Shown: piece by piece, positions 9,166 to 15,604 of the stretch
Position numbering within the stretch: the stretch's first letter is position 1
How the letters are laid out: the number at the start of each line of letters is the position of its first letter
From: Acidothermales bacterium
GTDB lineage: Bacteria; Actinomycetota; Actinomycetes; Streptosporangiales; WHST01
Assembly: GCA_017354575.1 (NCBI GenBank)
Contig: JAFMQP010000001.1
Location: 1-28,473 of the forward strand
Length of the DNA: 28,473 nucleotides
Reading direction: 5' to 3'
Program-made: the position numbers and the translations under genes
The notes under the pieces: generated by a model
Database searches by the model: none
What the model saw: only the letters and a program-made list of their open reading frames with translations
Told to the model about the DNA's origin: nothing

Positions 9166-9190
9166 GCATGGCAGCGCCACCACCGGGTAG
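9166..9190 (+). promoter_or_regulatory. SigB/SigF-type promoter (GCAT-N15-GGGTAG) for the DUF2795 gene
   Basis: GCAT at 9166-9169, 15-nt spacer, GGGTAG at 9185-9190. Confidence 0.6.
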
Positions 9191-9227
9191 GCGCACGACG
9201 ACGCCACGACGACACGGAGGTGACATC

Positions 9228-9644
9228 GTGGAACGCGGCAGCGACAAGCACGGGAGCCGGCTCGACGACGAGATGCGTCACGAGACGGAGCCGATGGAAC
9301 ACTCCGCAAACCAGCCGCACAGCGAACAGTGGCGGCAGACCGAACCGTCCGGCGAGGACGAGCCCGTGGTCAGCCCGACACCGGACGAGCGCTACCACGG
9401 CGGCACGCCGAAGGGCCTCGACCCCGCCGACGTCGAGCAGCGTACCGAGGTGGGCCGACATCTCGACATGTCCGCGTTCCCGGCGGACAAGGACGGCGTG
9501 TTGGACAACGCCGCGAAGAACAACGCGCCGGACGCGGTCGTCGGGCTGCTGCGCCGGTTGCCGGACGGGCGGACGTTCCAGAACACCCAGGACGTGTGGG
9601 CGGCGCTCGGCGGGACAACCGAGGACACCGAGCGCCGCCCGTAA
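9228..9644 (+). CDS. DUF2795 domain-containing protein, 138 aa
   Basis: GTG follows RBS GGAGGTG. N-terminus RGSDKHGSRLDDEM; C-terminal domain HLDMSAFPADKD.VL..A....APD.V...LRRLP..RTFQNTQDVW.ALG. Confidence 0.8.
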   Translation: MERGSDKHGSRLDDEMRHETEPMEHSANQPHSEQWRQTEPSGEDEPVVSPTPDERYHGGTPKGLDPADVEQRTEVGRHLDMSAFPADKDGVLDNAAKNNAPDAVVGLLRRLPDGRTFQNTQDVWAALGGTTEDTERRP

Positions 9645-9667
9645 CGGCCGCCCCGCGTCGGTTACGG
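9639..9667. terminator. Hairpin between convergent DUF2795 and PfpI genes
   Basis: CCGTAAC (9639-9645) pairs with GTTACGG (9661-9667). Confidence 0.4.
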
Positions 9668-9671
9668 CGGG

Positions 9672-10244
9672 TCAGGCGCTGGCGGCCTGCCTACTGTGCC
9701 TGCCCTCGGCGAACTCCTCGACCAGCTTGGCGCAGAACGCCGGCAGGTCGTCGGGCTTGCGGCTGCTCACCAGTCCCTGGTCGGTCACGACCTCGCTGTC
9801 CTCCCACTTCGCGCCCGCGTTGCGCAGGTCGGTCTGCAGGCTCGGCCACGAGGTCAGCTTGCGGCCGCGCACCACGTCCGCCTCGACCAGGGTCCACGGG
9901 CCGTGGCAGATCACGGCGACGGGCTTGGCCTGTTCGAAGAAGCCGCGCGCGAAGCTCACCGCGTCGGCGTTCGTCCGCAGGAAGTCCGGGTTCGCGACGC
10001 CGCCGGGCAGTACGAGCGCGTCGTAGTCGTCGGCGCTCACGTCCCCGACGGCGTGGTCGATCGGGAAGGTGTCGCCGCGGTCGAGGTGGTTGAACGCCTG
10101 CAACTTTCCGGTCTGCGTCGACACCAGCTCGGGCGTCGCACCCTCCGCCTGCACGGCGTCCCACGGTTGGGTCAGCTCGACCTGTTCGACGCCCTCCGGA
10201 GCCGCGAGGAACGCGACCCGCTTGCCGTCGAGCTTTTTGGCCAT
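9672..10244 (-). CDS. PfpI/DJ-1 family type-1 glutamine amidotransferase-like protein (YhbO-like deglycase/protease), 190 aa
   Basis: GVEQVEL (conserved Glu), YDALVLPGGVANPD, nucleophile elbow VICHGPW and SSRKPDDLPAF. RBS GGAGG. Confidence 0.93.
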   Translation of the reverse strand: MAKKLDGKRVAFLAAPEGVEQVELTQPWDAVQAEGATPELVSTQTGKLQAFNHLDRGDTFPIDHAVGDVSADDYDALVLPGGVANPDFLRTNADAVSFARGFFEQAKPVAVICHGPWTLVEADVVRGRKLTSWPSLQTDLRNAGAKWEDSEVVTDQGLVSSRKPDDLPAFCAKLVEEFAEGRHSRQAASA

Positions 10245-10255
10245 GGTGAATCCTC

Positions 10256-10588
10256 CTAGCGGCCGAGCGCGTTCTGCAGCTGCCGCTTGCTCATCCGCGA
10301 ACGACCCTTGATGTTGCGCTTCTTTGCGTCGTTGTAGAGCTGCGCCTTGGTCGGGCCGCTGGGCCCCTGCCCGCGGCCGGACCGCTTGCCGCCGCGTGTC
10401 TGCGGCGACTCGCCCTGCTTCGACACCCTGCTCGCACGCTCGCTCTCACCGGAACGCGCGCGGTTCTTGTTCACCGTGCGAGCCGCGATCTCCTCCGCGC
10501 GGTCCTCGCCGGCGCCGCGCTGCTTCTGCTGGCTCTTGATGTGCTCGTACTGGCGCTCTCGCTTGTCGCCCCAGGCCTGCTGCGGCAT
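10256..10588 (-). CDS. Small basic protein with C-terminal Rho_N-like helix motif (family often labelled 'plasmid stabilization protein'), 110 aa
   Basis: AW..KRERQYEHIK......G..E.RAEEIAARTVNK..ARSGE, with C-terminus PTKAQLY..AKKRNIKGRS.MSK.QL..AL. RBS GGAGGTG. Confidence 0.8.
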   Translation of the reverse strand: MPQQAWGDKRERQYEHIKSQQKQRGAGEDRAEEIAARTVNKNRARSGESERASRVSKQGESPQTRGGKRSGRGQGPSGPTKAQLYNDAKKRNIKGRSRMSKRQLQNALGR

Positions 10589-10621
10589 GGTGCACCTCCC
10601 AGTTCGTCGATCGGCACTCGC

Positions 10622-10682
10622 CTACCCGGCACACGCGCTCCTACTCACGGCGTGGACGTTAGGCAACGACGTCGCCGGGTAG
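10622..10682. promoter_or_regulatory. Back-to-back SigB/SigF-type promoters
   Basis: Minus strand: GAGT (10646-10643)-N15-GGGTAG (10627-10622). Plus strand: GTTA (10658-10661)-N15-GGGTAG (10677-10682), 10 nt before ATG 10693. Confidence 0.6.
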
Positions 10683-10692
10683 ACGGCGCGGC

Positions 10693-10959
10693 ATGAGCGA
10701 GTTCCTGACGACGCTGCGCCGGAAGGCGAGACTGCTGGTCTCCGGCCGGGCGAGCGTCCATCGCGGCACCGAGCCCGACGCCGACGACGACCCGCGGCAG
10801 GCGTTGCGCCGCGAGACCGGCACCGGGCAGGGCGACGAGCACGGCGGCGGCCGGACGCCGACGACGGCCGCCGGGAACACGGGCGGCTACGTGGGGCAGG
10901 TCTCCGGCGAGGACGACATGACCGGCGGCGCCGCCGGGCGGGAGGACAACCCGTGGTGA
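10693..10959 (+). CDS. Hypothetical Gly/Asp-rich protein, 88 aa
   Basis: High GC3 codon usage and a promoter box just upstream. Its stop overlaps the next start (TGATG). Confidence 0.65.
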   Translation: MSEFLTTLRRKARLLVSGRASVHRGTEPDADDDPRQALRRETGTGQGDEHGGGRTPTTAAGNTGGYVGQVSGEDDMTGGAAGREDNPW

Positions 10960-12056
10960 TGAGCCTCGACTTCCTCGGACCGGTCTACGCACGCGGTGGC
11001 CCGTACGCCAGCGTCGTGCTCGAGACCAACCGCGAGGCGGCCGACGACGCCGCTCACGCGATCGAGCTGCGCTGGCGCGGGCTGCGTACCGACCTCGCGT
11101 CCGCGGGCGCGGACGAGCCGACGCTGACGGCTCTCGACGCGGTCGTGGGGCGTCCGTCCGACGAGGGCGGCGAGCAGGGCCAGGTGGCCGTCGCGGCAGC
11201 AGGCGACGTGCTGATCGACGAGCGCGTCTACCGGCACCCCGGGCCGAGCGTCGCGCGTTGGGCGGAGCTGCCCGAGGTCATGCCGATCCTGCGTTCGCGT
11301 GCGGTGCAGCTCGCGTACCTGGTCGTCCGCGTCGACAGCCAGGGCGCCGACGTCGAGGTGCGCGGGCCGGCCAGGAACTACGAGCTCGAGGTGGTGGGCG
11401 ACGAGCACCCGTTGCACAAGGTGGGCGCGGGCGGCTGGTCGCACCGCCGGATCCAGCAGCGCGCCGAGAACACGGCGCGGCAGAACGCGAAACTGGTCGC
11501 CGGGCAGGTCGACGAGCTCGTCGGCAGGACGGCCGCGGACCTCGTCGTGCTCGCCGGCGAACCCCGGGCACGGGCCGACGTCCTCGACGAGCTCGGCAAG
11601 GCGACCCGCGATCTTGTCGTGGAGCTCGACTCGGGCAGCCGGCATCCCGGCGCGGAGCCGGTCGACGCCGAGGTCGCTGACGTCGTCGCCCGACACGTGC
11701 GCGGACAGGATCGCGAGCTGCTGGACGCGTTCCGCGCCGAGGGCGGCGAGCGTGCGGCGTACGGCCTCGACGCGACGGTGGCGAGCCTGCGCGAGTCCCG
11801 CGTCGACACGCTGTTCGTCGAGGACGACGGCGAGGGGGACACCGACTCCGGCATCCGGCTGTGGGCGGACAGGTCCGATCCGCTCGCGCTCGGCCGACGG
11901 CCGGGCGAGCTGGAGTCGATGGGCGTCCAGGACGGTTTCCAGGTGTCCGCCGTGCCCGCGATCGTCCGCGCGGCCGCGGGCAGTGACGCTCGGCTGGCGC
12001 TGGTGGAGCCGGGCGCGGTCGGCGACGACGGCATCGCCGCGCTGCTGCGCTACTAG
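10959..12056 (+). CDS. Bacterial archaeo-eukaryotic release factor (baeRF2-like / Vms1-Ankzf1-like peptidyl-tRNA hydrolase), 365 aa
   Basis: GPYASVVL......DA.HAIELRWR.LR..L...GA, catalytic-loop-like LHKVGAGGWSHRRIQQRAEN, LVVLAGEPRAR and a C-terminal eRF1_3-like SLRESRVDTLFV...DGIAALLRY. Confidence 0.8.
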   Translation: MSLDFLGPVYARGGPYASVVLETNREAADDAAHAIELRWRGLRTDLASAGADEPTLTALDAVVGRPSDEGGEQGQVAVAAAGDVLIDERVYRHPGPSVARWAELPEVMPILRSRAVQLAYLVVRVDSQGADVEVRGPARNYELEVVGDEHPLHKVGAGGWSHRRIQQRAENTARQNAKLVAGQVDELVGRTAADLVVLAGEPRARADVLDELGKATRDLVVELDSGSRHPGAEPVDAEVADVVARHVRGQDRELLDAFRAEGGERAAYGLDATVASLRESRVDTLFVEDDGEGDTDSGIRLWADRSDPLALGRRPGELESMGVQDGFQVSAVPAIVRAAAGSDARLALVEPGAVGDDGIAALLRY

Positions 12057-12577
12057 CCGCCGGACGACTTCAGCACGCCGTAGAGCTGTTGCAGCATGTC
12101 CGAGACGCCGACGACGCCGAACATCCCGGCGACGACCCGCGCCGTCCGCGGCGCCGCGAGCAGCGCTGCGACGTAGGCTCCCGCGGCCCAGGGCGCGAGG
12201 CAGAACGGACAGCTGACGACCTCGCCGACGACGTGGAGCAGACCACGGCCGCGCACCTCCTCGGTCACCTCGCCGGAACCGCCGGGCCCGCGGAACCGCG
12301 TGAACGGTGCGCGGACCGGGCTGGTCACGGCGTCCTTCGCCAACAGCCGCACCGCCTTGTGCACAGCCAGCCCGCCGAGCAGGACGTCGGCCGTGGGCAC
12401 CCGCCGAGGCAGCCGCGCCCCGGACACCTTCACCCCGGCCGCGAGCGCGCCGAGGAACGCGCCGTAACCGGCGATCGCGACGGCGTACCCGGCGAGCGGT
12501 TGCTCGTGCTCGTGGTCGTACGCGGTCCGCACCGCCTGCAGCCGTTCCTTCACCTCGTCGGCGGGTCGCTCGCTCAT
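12053..12577 (-). CDS. DUF1360-family membrane protein, 174 aa
   Basis: PLAGY, A.HK..RLLAKD.VTSP.RAPFTRF, GEVVSCPFCL..W (CxxC) and two to three hydrophobic segments. RBS GGAGGAGAGG. ATGA overlap with the upstream enolase-family gene. Confidence 0.8.
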   Translation of the reverse strand: MSERPADEVKERLQAVRTAYDHEHEQPLAGYAVAIAGYGAFLGALAAGVKVSGARLPRRVPTADVLLGGLAVHKAVRLLAKDAVTSPVRAPFTRFRGPGGSGEVTEEVRGRGLLHVVGEVVSCPFCLAPWAAGAYVAALLAAPRTARVVAGMFGVVGVSDMLQQLYGVLKSSGG

Positions 12578-13683
12578 GTCCTCTCCTCCCCGACCGCGAA
12601 GGGCTCGGCGGCCGCCCGGTCGAACGTCATCCCGTGCCCCGGCGTCTTCGCGTCGACGTGCGCCCGGCCGCCGGACGGGTCCAGCGCGCCGTGGAACAGC
12701 CGCGACTCGATGCGGTCGTGGTCGACGAACCATTCGATGTGCCGGAAGTTCGGCGTCGCCGCGCCGATGTGCGCGGACAGGTTGGGCGCGCAGTGCGCGG
12801 AGACGTCGAGCCCGTGCGCCGCCGCGAGGGCGGCGATCCGTTGCCATTCGGTGAATCCGCCGCACCTGGTGACGTCGACCTGGACGCAGTCGAGCGCGTC
12901 GCTCTCGATCATCCGGGCGAAGTAGTGCAGGTCGTAGCCATACTCGCCGGCGGTCACGTCCGCGCCGACCGACTCGCGGACGCGCCGCAGTCCGTCGAGG
13001 TCGTCGCTCGACACCGGCTCCTCGAACCAGGTGACGCCGAGGTCCGCGAGCCGCTCGCCCACGCGCGTCGCGAGCCCGACCGGGTACGCGCCGTTCGCGT
13101 CGACGTACACCTCGGTGTCGGGTCCGGCCGTCTCCCGCGTCAGGGCGGTCCGGTGTAGGTCGCGCTCGACCCTCGTCCCCCACGACTCGCCGATCTTGAT
13201 CTTCACCCGCGGGATGCCCTTCCCGCGCACCCACTCGGCGATCTGGCCGGCCAGCTCGTCGTCGCCGTACGTCGTGAAGCCGCCGCTGCCGTACAGCGGC
13301 ACGTCCTCGTGCACCCGGCCGAGCAGCGTGCTCACCGGCACCTCGTACGTCCGCGCGGCGGCGTCCCACAGCGCGACGTCGACCGCGGACATCGCGCACG
13401 ACACGAGGCCGGGGCGCCCGAGGTTGCGGATCGCGCGCTGCATGGCGTGCCAGCACGCGACGACGTCACGGACGTCGTGGCCGCGCACGGCGTCGGCGAG
13501 CTTGCCGTGCACGATCGGTACGCACGCCGCGTCGGCGTACGTCCAGCCGGTGCCTGTGACGTCCGCCGCGTCGACGGTCACGACGACCAGCGTGGTCGCG
13601 TCCCAGGCCAGCGTCCCGTCCGCCTCGGGCCCGTCGGTGGGTATCCGGTACGCGGACGCCCGCACCCCGTCGATCGTGTGCAT
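12574..13683 (-). CDS. Enolase-superfamily enzyme (mandelate racemase/muconate lactonizing subgroup), 369 aa
   Basis: AYRIPTDGPEADGT, AMSAVDVALWD, YGSGGFT, KIKIG (KxK), VYVDANG, WFEEP, AGEY, QVDVTRCGG and SAHC. Start at ATG 13683, not the long ORF-track start. Confidence 0.9.
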   Translation of the reverse strand: MHTIDGVRASAYRIPTDGPEADGTLAWDATTLVVVTVDAADVTGTGWTYADAACVPIVHGKLADAVRGHDVRDVVACWHAMQRAIRNLGRPGLVSCAMSAVDVALWDAAARTYEVPVSTLLGRVHEDVPLYGSGGFTTYGDDELAGQIAEWVRGKGIPRVKIKIGESWGTRVERDLHRTALTRETAGPDTEVYVDANGAYPVGLATRVGERLADLGVTWFEEPVSSDDLDGLRRVRESVGADVTAGEYGYDLHYFARMIESDALDCVQVDVTRCGGFTEWQRIAALAAAHGLDVSAHCAPNLSAHIGAATPNFRHIEWFVDHDRIESRLFHGALDPSGGRAHVDAKTPGHGMTFDRAAAEPFAVGEERT

Positions 13684-13693
13684 GCCGCGCCCA

Positions 13694-13718
13694 CTACCCG
13701 GCCCCGCCGCAGGCAATC
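13694..13718 (-). promoter_or_regulatory. SigB/SigF-type promoter (GATT-N15-GGGTAG) for the enolase-DUF1360 operon
   Basis: Minus strand: GATT at 13718-13715, 15-nt spacer, GGGTAG at 13699-13694, then 10 nt before ATG. Confidence 0.62.
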
Positions 13719-13734
13719 GTGGCGGGCGCCGTGT

Positions 13735-13776
13735 GAAGCCCTGGTTGATCATGAGAACATGATCAACCAGGGCTTC
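13735..13776. repeat. Perfect 19-bp inverted repeat (REP-like element / terminator)
   Basis: GAAGCCCTGGTTGATCATG-AGAA-CATGATCAACCAGGGCTTC lies 14 nt past the MFS stop codon and upstream of the enolase promoter. Confidence 0.85.
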
Positions 13777-13790
13777 GGCTAACGGGGGAG

Positions 13791-15263
13791 TCAGGCCGCC
13801 TCGGCGTAGGCGGGCTCCTCGCACCCGGCCGGCTCGACGGTCTCGACCGGCTCCGGGGTCGCCCTGCGGTCGTTCGGCAGGATCGCCAGCACCACGACGA
13901 TCGCGGCGCCGACGAGTGCGGCGGCGACGCCGAACGCCAGGTGGTAGCCGCCGGTCAGCGCCTCGGCGGTGCCGTGGCCGGCCCGGCCGAGCTCGCCGGT
14001 GCGGGTCGCGGACAGCGTCGCCAGCACCGCGAGCCCGATCGCGCCGCCGACCTGAGCTGTGGTGTTCACCAGGCCGGACGCGAACCCGGCGTCTGCTGTG
14101 TCCACGTCCGACATCGACACGGCCATCAGCGCGGGGAAGCTCAGTCCCGCACCGGTGCCGAGCAGCACCAGCACCGGCAGCACGTGCACCGGGTAGCTGC
14201 CGCCGACCGGCGCCACCGTGAACGCCGCCAGCCCGACGGCCATGAGCGCGAGACCTGCGACCATCGTCCGCCGCGCGCCGAACGAGTTGATCAGCCTCTC
14301 GGTGTAGCGCACCGACAGCGTGCCCATGACGACGGTCACCGGCAGGAACGCGAGGCCGATCCGCAGCGGGTCGTAGCCGAGGGTCTTCTGCAGGTACAGC
14401 GAACCGAGGAAGAACGTGCCGAACATGCCGGCCGCGCCGAGCACCTGCACGATGTTGGCGCCGGTGACGTTGCGGGAACGGAAGATCCGCAGCGGGATCA
14501 GCGGGTTGGCGGCCTTCCGCTGCCGGACCACGAAGCCGGTCAGCAGCGCGACCACGACGGCGGCGGGCACGACCGTCCGCGGTGCCGTCCAGCCGAGCTC
14601 GGCGGCCGGCTTGACGATCGTGTAGACGCCGAGCATCAGCGCGGAGGTGATCAGCACCGCCCCGGGGACGTCCGCGCCGTGCCGCAGCCCGATGCCGGCC
14701 TGGTACGGGATCAGCCGCTTCGCGAGCACGCCGGTGACGACGCCGATCGGGATGTTGACGAAGAAGATCCAATGCCAGCTGATCGCCTCGGTGAGCAGGC
14801 CGCCGGCGAGCAGGCCGACCGCGCCACCGGCGGACGCGACGAACGCGTACACGCCGATCGCCTTCGCCTGCATGCGCGGCTCGGGGAACAGCGTCACGAT
14901 CATGCCGAGGATCACGGCCGACGTCAGCGCGCCGCCTACGCCCTGCAGGAACCGCGCCGCGATCAGCATGACCTCGGACGTCGACAGCCCGCAGAGCAGT
15001 GACGCGCCGGTGAACAGGGCGAGCCCGGCGAGGAACACCCGGCGCCGCCCGATCAGGTCGCCGAGCCGCCCGACGAGCAGCAGCAGCCCGCCGAACGAGA
15101 TCAGGTAGGCGTTGACCACCCAGGCGAGCCCCGCGGGCGTGAACCCCAGGTCGCTCTGGATCGACGGCAGCGCCACGTTCACGACGGTGGTGTCGAGGAC
15201 GATCATCAGCATGCCGGCGCACAGCACCACCAGTGCGACCCAGCGCGACCGTTGCACGTTCAT
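13791..15263 (-). CDS. MFS transporter, DHA2 (EmrB/QacA, 14-TMS) drug:H+ antiporter family, 490 aa
   Basis: LDTTVVNVALPSIQSDL, WVVNAY, motif A GRLGDLIGRRR, ARFLQGVGGA and WHWIFFVNIPIG. Confidence 0.93.
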   Translation of the reverse strand: MNVQRSRWVALVVLCAGMLMIVLDTTVVNVALPSIQSDLGFTPAGLAWVVNAYLISFGGLLLLVGRLGDLIGRRRVFLAGLALFTGASLLCGLSTSEVMLIAARFLQGVGGALTSAVILGMIVTLFPEPRMQAKAIGVYAFVASAGGAVGLLAGGLLTEAISWHWIFFVNIPIGVVTGVLAKRLIPYQAGIGLRHGADVPGAVLITSALMLGVYTIVKPAAELGWTAPRTVVPAAVVVALLTGFVVRQRKAANPLIPLRIFRSRNVTGANIVQVLGAAGMFGTFFLGSLYLQKTLGYDPLRIGLAFLPVTVVMGTLSVRYTERLINSFGARRTMVAGLALMAVGLAAFTVAPVGGSYPVHVLPVLVLLGTGAGLSFPALMAVSMSDVDTADAGFASGLVNTTAQVGGAIGLAVLATLSATRTGELGRAGHGTAEALTGGYHLAFGVAAALVGAAIVVVLAILPNDRRATPEPVETVEPAGCEEPAYAEAA

Positions 15264-15297
15264 GGGGGTTCCTCTTCCGCTCAGGTCCGTTCATCCC

Positions 15298-15328
15298 TTC
15301 AGACCTGGTACGGAGCCGGAACTCATCG
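15298..15328 (-). promoter_or_regulatory. Putative SigG-type ECF promoter (CGATGA-N18-GTCTGAA) for the MFS exporter
   Basis: Minus strand: CGATGA at 15328-15323, 18-nt spacer, GTCTGAA at 15304-15298, then RBS AAGAGGA and ATG 15263. It resembles the SigG consensus CGATGA-N18-GTCNNTA as I recall it, which needs verification. Confidence 0.5.
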
Positions 15329-15367
15329 TTCGACATCCGGCGTAGCATTTTCCGTGGGTGATGCGCG

Positions 15368-15604
15368 ATGACCACTCTGGTCGCCGTCTGGATGGTCGTG
15401 CTCGGCGTCGGCTGCCTGCTCGTCCGCCTGGTCGGCATCGTCGGAGTCGTCCTGTACGGCCGCCACGTCGCGAAGACAGCGCGGCGTCAGCGCGACCAGC
15501 GCACCTCGCCGCCGACGACCGTCACCGACGGCCGCGCCGAGCCGGAGGCTGCGACGTCGCGGTCGGTGAGGTCGGCGTCCAGGACGACGAGGTCCGCCAG
15601 GTAG
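15368..15604 (+). CDS. Small membrane protein, up to 78 aa
   Basis: The first 40 codons have strongly GC3-biased codon usage and encode a hydrophobic hairpin. The tail overlaps the antisense 3' end of the amidohydrolase by 118 nt. Confidence 0.45.
   Translation: MTTLVAVWMVVLGVGCLLVRLVGIVGVVLYGRHVAKTARRQRDQRTSPPTTVTDGRAEPEAATSRSVRSASRTTRSAR

Noticed and set aside
10256-10588. Plasmid origin implied by the 'plasmid stabilization protein' label
   Set aside because: No ParE/RelE motif, no rep, par or tra genes, and the context is chromosomal metabolic genes.
12574-15438. 954-aa ORF in the track, suggesting a giant enolase fusion
   Set aside because: The upstream 585 codons are an off-frame, Arg/Gly-rich read-through of the MFS gene, typical of high-GC DNA. 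The enolase homology and its promoter start at 13683. The same applies to 12053..13456 for DUF1360.
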